Shown here one piece after another: positions 7,245 to 16,155 of a DNA stretch of 26,053 nucleotides; positions within the stretch are counted from its first letter, which is position 1; every line of letters begins with the position of its first letter. Below the pieces are notes generated by a model. It worked only from the letters and a program-made list of their open reading frames with translations, was not told where the DNA came from and searched no databases. Where the stretch lies: contig JALUTT010000139.1 in the NCBI GenBank assembly GCA_027021705.1, forward strand, positions 1 through 26,053, in the 5' to 3' direction. This DNA comes from Anaerolineae bacterium (GTDB lineage Bacteria > Chloroflexota > Anaerolineae > S140-20). The translations under genes were made by a program, and so were the position numbers.

Positions 7245-9428
7245 ATGACAGACCTACAGCCATTTTTCACCCCCCGGGGGGTTGCCGTCATTGGGGCCAG
7301 CCGGGACCCTCGGAAGCTGAGCTACGCTGTGCTGCGCGATCTGGTGGAGCACGGCTACCCCGGCCCCGTCTACCCGGTCAACCCCACTGCGACCGCCATC
7401 CGGGGGCTGCGCTGCTACCCTACCGTGCAGGAGGTGCCCGACCCCGTGGACCTGGCGGTCATTATCATCCCCGCCCCCGCCGTGCCGGAGGCGCTGGAGG
7501 GCTGCGGCCGGCGGGGCATCCGGGCCGCCATCGTCATCTCCGGCGGCTTCGGCGAGCTGGGCCCCGAAGGGGAGGCCCTGGAGCGCCGGATCGTCGAGAT
7601 CGCCCGCCGCCACCAAATCCGCCTCATCGGCCCCAACTGCATCGGCGTCATTGACACCATCACCCCCCTGGACACCACCTTCGTCGGGACGATGCCGGTC
7701 CGAGGGACCATCGCCTTCGTCTCCCACTCCGGGGCCATCTGCGGCGGGGTGATTGACGTGGCCTACCGCCAGGGGATCGGCTTCTCCCGCTTCGTCAGCC
7801 TGGGCAACCAGGCCGACGTCAACGAGACGGAGGTGCTGGCCTTCCTCGCCGAGGACCCCCATAGCCGGGTGGTCGCCGCCTACCTGGAGGGGGTGGCCGA
7901 CGGGGGACGCTTCCTGGAGGTGGCCCGGCGGCTGACCGCCCGCAAGCCCTTCGTCGTCCTCAAGGCGGGGCGCACCGGCGGCGGGGTGCGGGCGGCCGCC
8001 TCTCACACGGGAGCGCTGGCCGGCTCCGACCGGGCCTTCGAGGCCGCCTTCCGCAAGGCCGGCGTCCTGCGGGCCGACACCCTGGAGGAGCTGTTGGACT
8101 ACGCCACCGCCCTCGCCTACCAGCCCCCGCCCCGGGGGGAGCGGGTGGCCGTCGTCACCAACGCCGGAGGGCCGGGCATCCTGGCCGTGGACGCCCTGGA
8201 GCGGGCCGGCCTGCGGCTGGCCTCCCTCGCGCCGGAGACCAGCGAACGGCTGGCAGCCCGCCTGCCCCGGGGGGCCAACGTCCACAACCCGGTGGACCTC
8301 CTGGGCGGGGCCTACGCCGACGACTACGCCTTCGCCCTCGACACCGTCCTGGAGGACCCCGGCGTGGACGCTGCGCTGGTCATCCTGGTGCCCCAGGCCC
8401 TCGTCTCGCCGGTGGACGTGGCCAACGCCATCGGCAACGCCGCCGACCGGTCGGAGAAGCCCATCGTCGCTGCCTTCGTCGGGGATGCCAGCACCGAGGC
8501 CGGCGTCCAGGCGATGCACCGACGGCGGGTGCCCGTCTACCCCTTCCCGGAGCGGGCCGCCCGGGCCCTGGCCGCCCTTCGGCTCGATGCCCGGCGTCGG
8601 CAGCCCCGCCGGGAGGAGCGCCTGCCGGAGGCCGACACCGCGCGGGCGGCGGCGGTGATCCGGCAGGCCCAGGCCGCCGGCCAGCGCCACCTCCTGGGGC
8701 CGGAGGCGCGGGCGGTGGTCGAGGCCTACGGGCTGCGCGTGCCCGCCTCCGGCCTGGCCCGAACCGCCGCCGAGGCGGTCGCCCTGGCCCGGCGGATCGG
8801 CTACCCCGTCGCCCTCAAGGTCCACGCCCCCGAGATCTCCCACAAGTCCGACGTGGGCGGCGTCGTCCTGGGGGTGCACGACGAGGCGGGGGTGCGGGCC
8901 GCCTTCGCCGAGATCGTGGACCGGGCGCGGCGCTACGTCCCCGGCACCGAGGTGCTGGGCGTGATGGTCCAGGCGATGGTGCCGGCCGGGCGGGAGGTGA
9001 TCGTCGGGGCCAGCCGGGACCGCCAGTTCGGCCCGCTGGTCGCCTTCGGGCTGGGGGGCCTCTTCGTCGAGGCCCTGGGCGACGTCAGCTTCCGGCTGGC
9101 CCCCGTGAGCCGGGAGGAGGCCCGCGAGATGATCCGGGAGACGCGGGCGGCGCGGGTGCTGGCCGGCATCCGGGGGGAGCCGCCGGCCGACGTCGAGGCC
9201 ATCGTCGAAGCCATCCGTCGCATCGGCCGGCTGGTCCTCGACTTCCCCGCCATCGTCGAACTGGACCTCAACCCCCTCATCGTCGGGGCCGAGGGCGAGG
9301 GGGCCTGGGCGGTGGACGTGCGGATCGTGCTGGAGGGTAATGCATCGCCCTCCCGCAGGTCCAAGGTGCCCGGCGACGGCAACGGCTTACCGGGCAGCAG
9401 CCTACAACACGCTTTAGACCGTGGGTAG
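7245..9428 (+). CDS. Acetate/acyl-CoA ligase (ADP-forming), fused alpha-beta, CoA-binding plus ATP-grasp
   Basis: 'VAVIGAS', 'GPNCIG', 'SHSGA', 'SLGNQAD', 'AASHTGALAG' (phospho-His), 'TNAGGPG', 'HKSDVGGV', 'FGLGG.FVE', 'ELDLNPL'. The last ~30 aa are atypical. Confidence 0.93.
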   Translation: MTDLQPFFTPRGVAVIGASRDPRKLSYAVLRDLVEHGYPGPVYPVNPTATAIRGLRCYPTVQEVPDPVDLAVIIIPAPAVPEALEGCGRRGIRAAIVISGGFGELGPEGEALERRIVEIARRHQIRLIGPNCIGVIDTITPLDTTFVGTMPVRGTIAFVSHSGAICGGVIDVAYRQGIGFSRFVSLGNQADVNETEVLAFLAEDPHSRVVAAYLEGVADGGRFLEVARRLTARKPFVVLKAGRTGGGVRAAASHTGALAGSDRAFEAAFRKAGVLRADTLEELLDYATALAYQPPPRGERVAVVTNAGGPGILAVDALERAGLRLASLAPETSERLAARLPRGANVHNPVDLLGGAYADDYAFALDTVLEDPGVDAALVILVPQALVSPVDVANAIGNAADRSEKPIVAAFVGDASTEAGVQAMHRRRVPVYPFPERAARALAALRLDARRRQPRREERLPEADTARAAAVIRQAQAAGQRHLLGPEARAVVEAYGLRVPASGLARTAAEAVALARRIGYPVALKVHAPEISHKSDVGGVVLGVHDEAGVRAAFAEIVDRARRYVPGTEVLGVMVQAMVPAGREVIVGASRDRQFGPLVAFGLGGLFVEALGDVSFRLAPVSREEAREMIRETRAARVLAGIRGEPPADVEAIVEAIRRIGRLVLDFPAIVELDLNPLIVGAEGEGAWAVDVRIVLEGNASPSRRSKVPGDGNGLPGSSLQHALDRG

Positions 9429-9494
9429 AACCTGCGGGAGGGTTCCCCCCAAGGGTTAGAGCGCCGAAGAGCCCTGGCTGGAGGGCCATCCCCG

Positions 9495-9522
9495 TTGACA
9501 AGGGAGGACTTGCGGATATAAT
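9495..9522 (+). promoter_or_regulatory. Consensus sigma70 promoter upstream of the defence operon
   Basis: TTGACA (9495-9500), 16 bp, TATAAT (9517-9522). SD AGGAGG at 9573-9578 precedes ATG 9589. Confidence 0.85.
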
Positions 9523-9588
9523 CGTGTTAGGCCATCCAGGGAACATATGGTAATATTCCTGTACTTCCCCGCAGGAGGCAGAGCACCT

Positions 9589-12210
9589 ATGGTGTCAAAG
9601 GAACAGCGTTTTTTCGAGGCCCTGCGCGATGTGTTCGTCGGCGCCAAGGTCGAAGGCGAATCGGGCTTCGTCAACCTCATGCGCATCAAGTCCCAGTATT
9701 ACGAGCAGGGCGTCTTCCCGTGCCTGAAAGAGGAGATTGACAAAGCCCTGGGCGACTTCCCCGAATTCCGCGAAGAACTTTTCGACCGCCTCTACAACTT
9801 TTTCAAGCGCTACTTCAGCGAGTCCGGCTCCATCTACTTCCGCTTCACCCCGCCCCACGAGCACGTTTACGAGAAGGTCTACACCGACGACCGGGATGTG
9901 GCCCTCTTCTGGAAGACCCACATGCTCTACTACGTGAAGACCGACCGGCTCTTTCGGAGCATGGTGGTGGAAGTGGACGGCTTTCGGTTCTTCTTCGACG
10001 TCTCCATCCTGGAGCACAAACGGGCTAACGAGAAACGTTCCCTGGTGTATGACTTCAAGGAGCGACGGGAGGACGGCACACTGGCTTTCACGGTGACTTA
10101 CTCGGAGCGCGGAAGGAAGACGAACATTGCCGACATCCGTCGGGCCATCAAGGACGCCCTGGGGCTGAAAAAATACACGGCACAGGTTCCCTCGGAGAAG
10201 ACCTTGGAACGGGCCTTCCGCCTCTTCGAGCGCCAGAGCGAGGTGGACTACTTCATCAACAAGGACGCCCGCAAGTTCCTCCGGGAGCAGTTCAACCTGT
10301 GGCTCTACCAGTATGTGTTTGAACCGGAGGAGCGGCAGGGCACGGTCTGGACCGAGCGGCGTATCCGGCAACTCCAGGTGCTCAAGAAGATCGCCTACAA
10401 GATCGTGGATTTCATCGCCCAGTTCGAGGACGAATTGGTGCGCATCTGGAACAAGCCCAAGTTCGTGCTGGGCAGCCACTATGTGATTACCCTGGATCGC
10501 ATCGCGGCCCAGGAGGGAGGGACGGCGGCGTTGGAGCGTCTGCTGGCCCACCCCGGCATGGCGGACCAGGTGCAGGAGTGGCGCGACCTGGGCATGGTGG
10601 GGGAGGAGTTCACGCCGGAGCAGGTCTGGGTGGAAGACCTGATGGGCAAGCGCCTGCACGAGCGCTACCGGTACCTGCCCCTCGATACCCGGCACTTCCC
10701 CGACCTGGAGATGGTTATCCTCTCCCTCTTCGACCACCTGGACCGAGAACTGGACGGCCGGCTGGTGCACAGCGAGAACTACCAGGCGCTGAAGACGATG
10801 CTGCCAAAGTTTCGGGAGAGGGTGAAATGTATCTATATTGATCCGCCGTATAACACGGGTGAAGATGAGTTCGTCTACAAAGATCGGTTCCGCCACAGTA
10901 GCTGGTTGAGTCTTATTCAAGATAGGCTGGATATAGCGAGAAGCTTCTTTACAAGAGACGGTTCTATATTCATAAGCATAGATGACAATGAAGTACATCA
11001 TCTGGAACTATTATTGCGCGAGCTTTACGACGAAAATAACTTTGTGGCCAACATTGTTTGGCAGAAGCGAACTTCCCCGGACGCCAGGGCTACAATAGGG
11101 GCTGCGCATGATTACTTGGTGGTATTTGCCCGTTCTCTGCCAGAATTTAAAGGCGCACTACGATATCTGCCATTGAGCGAAGAACGTCGCAGGGAGTACA
11201 GAAACCCAGATAATGACCCTAGGGGTCCTTGGGCTTCTCGGGATATTACTGGCCAGGTGGGGCATGCAACTTCTGAACAATTCTACGAGATCGTCACTCC
11301 TGGTGGTGCCAGATATTATCCGCCAAAGGGCCGATGTTGGACGATCTCTCGAGACACTTTCGAGAAACTCGTTGCTGACAATAGGATTTGGTTTGGTAAA
11401 GACGGTAGATCTCGCCCAAGGTTGAAGATTTTTCTATCTGAAGCTGAAGGGATGGCGCCTTGGACATGGTGGACAAACAAGGAAGTGGGTCATAATCAGG
11501 AGGCCACAAAGGAACTGAATGCAGTGCTAGGTTCTGGCCATGGGTATGAAACACCGAAACCGACGCGCCTTATAAAACGGATTCTTGAATTGACAACTCA
11601 ACCGGATCCCGAGAGCATTATCCTCGACTTCTTCGCCGGCTCCGGCACCACGGGCCACGCCGTCATCAACCTGAACCGGGAGGACGGCGGCAGGCGCAAG
11701 TACATCCTGGTGGAGATGGCCGACTACTTCCATACCGTCCTGCTCCCCCGCATCAAGAAGGTGGTCTTCTCGGACAAGTGGCGGGACGGCAAGGCGCAGG
11801 AGGACGGCAAAGGCACCGGCCACTTCGTCAAGTATTTCCGCCTGGAGCAATACGAAGAAGTCCTGCGCAAGGCCCACTACCGGGACGATGACGCGCCCCT
11901 CTTCTTCCAGGACCCCTACACCCAGTACGTCTTTCTGCGCGATCCCAAGATGCTGGACAACGCCGAGACGGGCGAGAAGGTCATGGAAGTGGACATGGAG
12001 GGGGACGAGGTCCGCGTGGATCTGAGCAAACTCTACCCCGACATTGACCTGGCCGAGACCCTCTCCTGCCTCACGGGCAAGTGGATCCGCCGTATCCTCC
12101 CCGCCGAAGACGATCCGACAAAGCCCGGTATGGTGGAATTCGAAGACGGTACCACGGTGGACCTGCAAGACCCGCCGTGGGAGCTGGTGAAGCCGTTGAT
12201 CTGGTGGTAG
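9589..12210 (+). CDS. mod: Type III R-M modification subunit (amino-methyltransferase, beta class) with long N-terminal extension
   Basis: Motif IV 'IYIDPPYNTG' precedes 'TPKPTRLIKRI' and motif I 'ILDFFAGSGTTGHA'. Start moved to ATG 9589 based on the SD. Confidence 0.92.
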   Translation: MVSKEQRFFEALRDVFVGAKVEGESGFVNLMRIKSQYYEQGVFPCLKEEIDKALGDFPEFREELFDRLYNFFKRYFSESGSIYFRFTPPHEHVYEKVYTDDRDVALFWKTHMLYYVKTDRLFRSMVVEVDGFRFFFDVSILEHKRANEKRSLVYDFKERREDGTLAFTVTYSERGRKTNIADIRRAIKDALGLKKYTAQVPSEKTLERAFRLFERQSEVDYFINKDARKFLREQFNLWLYQYVFEPEERQGTVWTERRIRQLQVLKKIAYKIVDFIAQFEDELVRIWNKPKFVLGSHYVITLDRIAAQEGGTAALERLLAHPGMADQVQEWRDLGMVGEEFTPEQVWVEDLMGKRLHERYRYLPLDTRHFPDLEMVILSLFDHLDRELDGRLVHSENYQALKTMLPKFRERVKCIYIDPPYNTGEDEFVYKDRFRHSSWLSLIQDRLDIARSFFTRDGSIFISIDDNEVHHLELLLRELYDENNFVANIVWQKRTSPDARATIGAAHDYLVVFARSLPEFKGALRYLPLSEERRREYRNPDNDPRGPWASRDITGQVGHATSEQFYEIVTPGGARYYPPKGRCWTISRDTFEKLVADNRIWFGKDGRSRPRLKIFLSEAEGMAPWTWWTNKEVGHNQEATKELNAVLGSGHGYETPKPTRLIKRILELTTQPDPESIILDFFAGSGTTGHAVINLNREDGGRRKYILVEMADYFHTVLLPRIKKVVFSDKWRDGKAQEDGKGTGHFVKYFRLEQYEEVLRKAHYRDDDAPLFFQDPYTQYVFLRDPKMLDNAETGEKVMEVDMEGDEVRVDLSKLYPDIDLAETLSCLTGKWIRRILPAEDDPTKPGMVEFEDGTTVDLQDPPWELVKPLIWW

Positions 12211-12223
12211 GGAGGGGAAGAGG

Positions 12224-14965
12224 ATGACTATGGGCTTTGATTGGAGCAAAGCATACCAGGGTGCTCGCTGGGTGCGGGTGGATCTCCATCTCCATTCGCC
12301 GGCCGCGCATTCGTTCAAATTCCCCTCGGGGTTGGACGCCGGCCAGCGGGAAGAGGTGGTGCAGCGGTATGTGGCCCAACTCAAAGCCCAGGGTATCGCC
12401 GTCGCCGCCATCACCGACTACCAGCAAATTCGGCCAGAGTGGTTCTTGCCTATCCGTGATGCGGCCCGGAAAGCGGGGATCTATGTCTTTCCGGGGGTCG
12501 AACTCTCCTTTGGCGGCGGGGTCGGGGGCAAGGGAGGGCTTCACGTTCTGGCGATCTTTCCTTACGATGCGGATGTCGAGAGCATCAATCGCACCATTCA
12601 AGCCATGCTGGACAACGAACCAACGGAGCCACTGCTGCCGCCGGGGCGTGAGCCTCGTGCCTTAAAGCCTAAGGAGTCCCTGAGCGAAAGCCTCAAACAG
12701 TTACGCCCAAAGACAGGGTGTCTGCTCATCTTCCCACATCCTAACGATGACAAGGGCTTGTTCAAAAGTTTTAAGATAGGCCAGGCCGCCGAAATCCTGG
12801 CCGCCACCCGGCCGGAGGCCATCGAAGGACTGAGCGACCGGGATCGAGAGCGGCTGAGTCAGGGGGAGAAACTCCCCCCGGATGTGCTGGCCCGCATCGC
12901 CAGCGTGCACCTCAGCGATAATCACAGCATTCAGGAAATCGGCGCAAAACAACTTCATGGAATGCTCCGTGCCACTTACCTCAAACTCAGCGTTCTGGAC
13001 GATTTGAGAGCCATTTGCCTGGCTCTTCGCGACCACGAAATCCTGGTGCGCCTGGGCGAAAAGCCTGAGCCGGCCCACACGCGGATCGAGGGGGTAGAGA
13101 TAGAGGGAAGCGGATTTCTGGGAGACATGCGCTTGGCCCTGAGCCCCGAACTCAACGTACTCATCGGTGGGCGCGGCGTGGGCAAATCGGCCCTGCTGGA
13201 GGTGCTTCGCTACGGCCTGGACCTTCCCGAGTATTCTCCCACAGAGTATCGAGAAGGGTTGGTACGCTATGCCTTGGGCAGTGGTGGAAAGGTGACGGTT
13301 CACCTGCGCCACGTGGTCAAACCAGGCGTGGAACGCCACTATCGCGTTGAGCGGGTGTGGGGCGAAGAGGCACAGGTGTACGAACTGGATCCTTCCGGCG
13401 AGCATCTGGTGCCCATATCGGTCGCCGACCTTTTGAGCGGTGAAGGGAAACCCCTCTTCTTCGGTCAGCGGGTGCTGTACGATGTGGCCCAATCTCCAAC
13501 ATTGCGCCGGCAATTTCTGGACGACTTGGTAGGACGCGAAGCCCGTCGGAAAGAGCGCGAGATCGAGAAGATTCACCAGGAACTGCGCCGTAATGCCCGT
13601 AGGTCGCTGGAACTGCGGGAGAAACGCACCCGACGCGAAGAGGTAGAGCAACGCCTGCGGGAGATTGAACATGAACTCAAGCTTTTCGAACAACACGGGT
13701 TGGCCGAGAAACTGCGGGAGGAGACCGCACTCACCCGCGATGAGGAGCGGCTGAAACGCACCGAAACCGTTCCCCGAGGATTCAGGGAGGAGTGGCAGGA
13801 GATACAGGTGCGCTGGCAAGAGCGCTTGCAGAGCGCCCTTGCCGACCTTTCCCAAGCCGAAAGCCAGCAGCGAGACCTGCTTACTCAGGACGCCGCGAAA
13901 GTCATTCGTGACTTACAGGATGGACTGAAGGAAGTGTTCCAGAAGGTTGAGGATTTACTCCGGCAGGCAGAAGAGGACCTGCGCAAAGTCCGCCGGCGTT
14001 GGGATGACGGGCGGCGAATGCTGGATGAAGAACTCCGGCGGATCCGGCAGGAACTGGGCACGGAAACATTGGACCCAGACCGCTTGGTGCAACTTGCCCG
14101 GGAGAAAGAGCGGCTGGAGTATGAGCTCAAGATGCTCAGACAGGCAGAGGTGGAGGCGCAAGACCTGGAAAAGGAGCGGAGAGGCCTCCTGCGGAAGCTT
14201 CGCGATACTCGGTGGGAGGCCTTTCGCCTGCGTGAGAAAAGGGCCGAAGAAATTACCGCCCAGATCGGCCGGCGGGTCAAAGTAGAAGTCCTGTACCGGG
14301 GGCAGCGGAAGGAATACGCCAAAAGGCTGGTGGATTTCTTCAGTGGCTCCAGGATTCCGCGAAAGGACCTTGAAAGCGTTGCCAATCGTGAAGAGATGCC
14401 CGACGGCATGGCCTTGGCAGAACTGGTACGGAAGGGGAAAGAGGAATTGAGGGAGAAAACCGGTCTAAGTGAGGCCCAGACACAACGGCTAATGAATTTC
14501 CTCAACCAGGATGAGGTGCGCCTGTATGAAATGGAGCTGCTTTCCCCTGAAGATGATGTGCGGGTATCTCTGAGAGTCAACGACCGGTGGGTTCCTCTGG
14601 AACATCTTTCCGCCGGGCAGAGGGCAACGGCCATGCTGCTCATCTTGCTCACGCAGATCCAGCACCCACTTCTCATTGACCAGCCTGAGGATGACCTGGA
14701 CAATCGTTTCGTTTATGAAGATGTAGTCAAACTGCTGCGTGACCAGAAAGGCGAGCGGCAGATCATTGTCGCCACGCACAATCCCAACATCCCCGTTCTG
14801 GCGCACGGCGAGCTGATTGTCGCCCTCGAAGCCGAAAGCGAGCGTGCCCGCATCAGCGTCCAGGGGGGCATGGATAAACGCAAGGTGCAAAATGAAGTTC
14901 GTCGGGTGATGGAAGGCGGTGATGAAGCCTTCCGACGGCGGGCGGAAAAATACGGCTGGATTTGA
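12224..14965 (+). CDS. PHP phosphoesterase fused to an ABC/SMC-like coiled-coil ATPase (Ppl/TrlF-like defence protein)
   Basis: PHP motifs DLHLHS, AITD, GVEL, H, FPHP, SDNHS. Walker A GGRGVGKS, long coiled coil, signature LSAGQ, Walker B/D-loop LLIDQPEDDLD, H-loop ATHN. Confidence 0.88.
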   Translation: MTMGFDWSKAYQGARWVRVDLHLHSPAAHSFKFPSGLDAGQREEVVQRYVAQLKAQGIAVAAITDYQQIRPEWFLPIRDAARKAGIYVFPGVELSFGGGVGGKGGLHVLAIFPYDADVESINRTIQAMLDNEPTEPLLPPGREPRALKPKESLSESLKQLRPKTGCLLIFPHPNDDKGLFKSFKIGQAAEILAATRPEAIEGLSDRDRERLSQGEKLPPDVLARIASVHLSDNHSIQEIGAKQLHGMLRATYLKLSVLDDLRAICLALRDHEILVRLGEKPEPAHTRIEGVEIEGSGFLGDMRLALSPELNVLIGGRGVGKSALLEVLRYGLDLPEYSPTEYREGLVRYALGSGGKVTVHLRHVVKPGVERHYRVERVWGEEAQVYELDPSGEHLVPISVADLLSGEGKPLFFGQRVLYDVAQSPTLRRQFLDDLVGREARRKEREIEKIHQELRRNARRSLELREKRTRREEVEQRLREIEHELKLFEQHGLAEKLREETALTRDEERLKRTETVPRGFREEWQEIQVRWQERLQSALADLSQAESQQRDLLTQDAAKVIRDLQDGLKEVFQKVEDLLRQAEEDLRKVRRRWDDGRRMLDEELRRIRQELGTETLDPDRLVQLAREKERLEYELKMLRQAEVEAQDLEKERRGLLRKLRDTRWEAFRLREKRAEEITAQIGRRVKVEVLYRGQRKEYAKRLVDFFSGSRIPRKDLESVANREEMPDGMALAELVRKGKEELREKTGLSEAQTQRLMNFLNQDEVRLYEMELLSPEDDVRVSLRVNDRWVPLEHLSAGQRATAMLLILLTQIQHPLLIDQPEDDLDNRFVYEDVVKLLRDQKGERQIIVATHNPNIPVLAHGELIVALEAESERARISVQGGMDKRKVQNEVRRVMEGGDEAFRRRAEKYGWI

Positions 14966-14977
14966 GGAGCATGGGGT

Positions 14978-16135
14978 ATGGAGTGGCTTGAAGTTCAGGA
15001 ACGCATTCTCAGAGGCGAAAATTTGCACACCGAGTTCAAACAGGGGCCCGTTCACCCCGACGACCTGGCAGCCGAGCTGGTGGCCTTTGCCAATACCGAC
15101 GGCGGGTGGCTCATTTTCGGCGTGACGGACGACCGGCAGGTCACTGGCGTGGATGACCCGGACCGGCTTGCTCAGCAGGTGGACAACGTGGCCTACCACA
15201 ATTGCGAGCCACCCCTGACCGTGGTTCAGGAAACGGTGACTCCCCCTGAGGGGAAGACGTTGCTGATCGTTCAGGTACCCAAAGGCGATCAGCGGCCCTA
15301 CCGCACGAATAAAGGGCGGTACTTCATCCGTACAAGTTCGGGTAAACGCGATGCGTCTCCCCGAGAGCTCATGCGATTGTTCCAGGCGGTGGAGACGCAT
15401 TTCTACGAGGAGACGGTTATGCGGCAAGCGAGTGTATCGGATTTAGACCTGGGATCCTTCGAAGAATTTTGTAGACAGGTATTTGGTGAGACCGTGGATG
15501 AGCCACTTGTGTTGCTCGAGAAGTGGAAATTGATCCGGCCGCTGGAAGGGATGCGACATCCCACAGTAGCCGGGCTCCTGCTCTTCGGTCGCGAGCCTCA
15601 GCGTTTCTTGCCCTACGCTTATGTAACGGCTGCACGTATCCCCGGCGAGGATCCTTCGGGAGAGCCATCAGATAGGAAGCGGATTGAGGGCACGCTATTT
15701 CAAATACTGAAAGATACTTCCCGATTTTTGCGGCTCCATCTGCCGGTCTCTCATCAAATCAAGGGGTTTGAACCTGAGGCCCACCCTGAGCTTCCCGAAC
15801 GTGCCCTGCGCGAAGTGGTTGTGAATGCCCTGGTGCATCGAGATTACACACTCTCGGCTCCCATACGGGTATTCGTTTTGGATGATCGGATCGAGATTCG
15901 TAGTCCAGGCACGCTGCCCAACACCGTCACGGTGGACATGGTAAAAGCCGGGATGGCCCATGTATTGCGGAACCCTCAGCTTTACACCTTCTTCCTCAAA
16001 GCAGGCTACGTCACCGACACGGGGAATGGTTTTCGGCGTGTTATTCGGGATGTAAAGCAAGCCATTGGCCGTGAACCGGATATTCGTATTGAAGGTAACG
16101 AATCGGTGGTCTCAATTCCAAGACGTCCTTCTTAA
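14978..16135 (+). CDS. Schlafen/AlbA_2 domain protein with HATPase_c_4-type C-terminal domain
   Basis: 'GENLHTEFK...VAFANTDGGWLIFGVTDD' (AlbA_2/Schlafen) and 'ALREVVVNALVHRDY...EIRSPG...RNPQL...TGNG' (HATPase_c_4). No C-terminal HTH. Confidence 0.88.
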   Translation: MEWLEVQERILRGENLHTEFKQGPVHPDDLAAELVAFANTDGGWLIFGVTDDRQVTGVDDPDRLAQQVDNVAYHNCEPPLTVVQETVTPPEGKTLLIVQVPKGDQRPYRTNKGRYFIRTSSGKRDASPRELMRLFQAVETHFYEETVMRQASVSDLDLGSFEEFCRQVFGETVDEPLVLLEKWKLIRPLEGMRHPTVAGLLLFGREPQRFLPYAYVTAARIPGEDPSGEPSDRKRIEGTLFQILKDTSRFLRLHLPVSHQIKGFEPEAHPELPERALREVVVNALVHRDYTLSAPIRVFVLDDRIEIRSPGTLPNTVTVDMVKAGMAHVLRNPQLYTFFLKAGYVTDTGNGFRRVIRDVKQAIGREPDIRIEGNESVVSIPRRPS

Positions 16136-16155
16136 CCTTCACGCCAGGAGCGCTT

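Noticed and set aside
9547..9588. Upstream ATG for mod
   Set aside because: The strong SD at 9573-9578 points to ATG 9589.
9589..12210. Phase-variable simple repeat in mod (phasevarion)
   Set aside because: No long homopolymer or short tandem tract seen; the T6 and A6 runs are unremarkable.
16129..16155. Internal attC after the Schlafen gene (TCTTAAC)
   Set aside because: Only 20 bp of intergenic space, with no palindrome and no matching GTT box.
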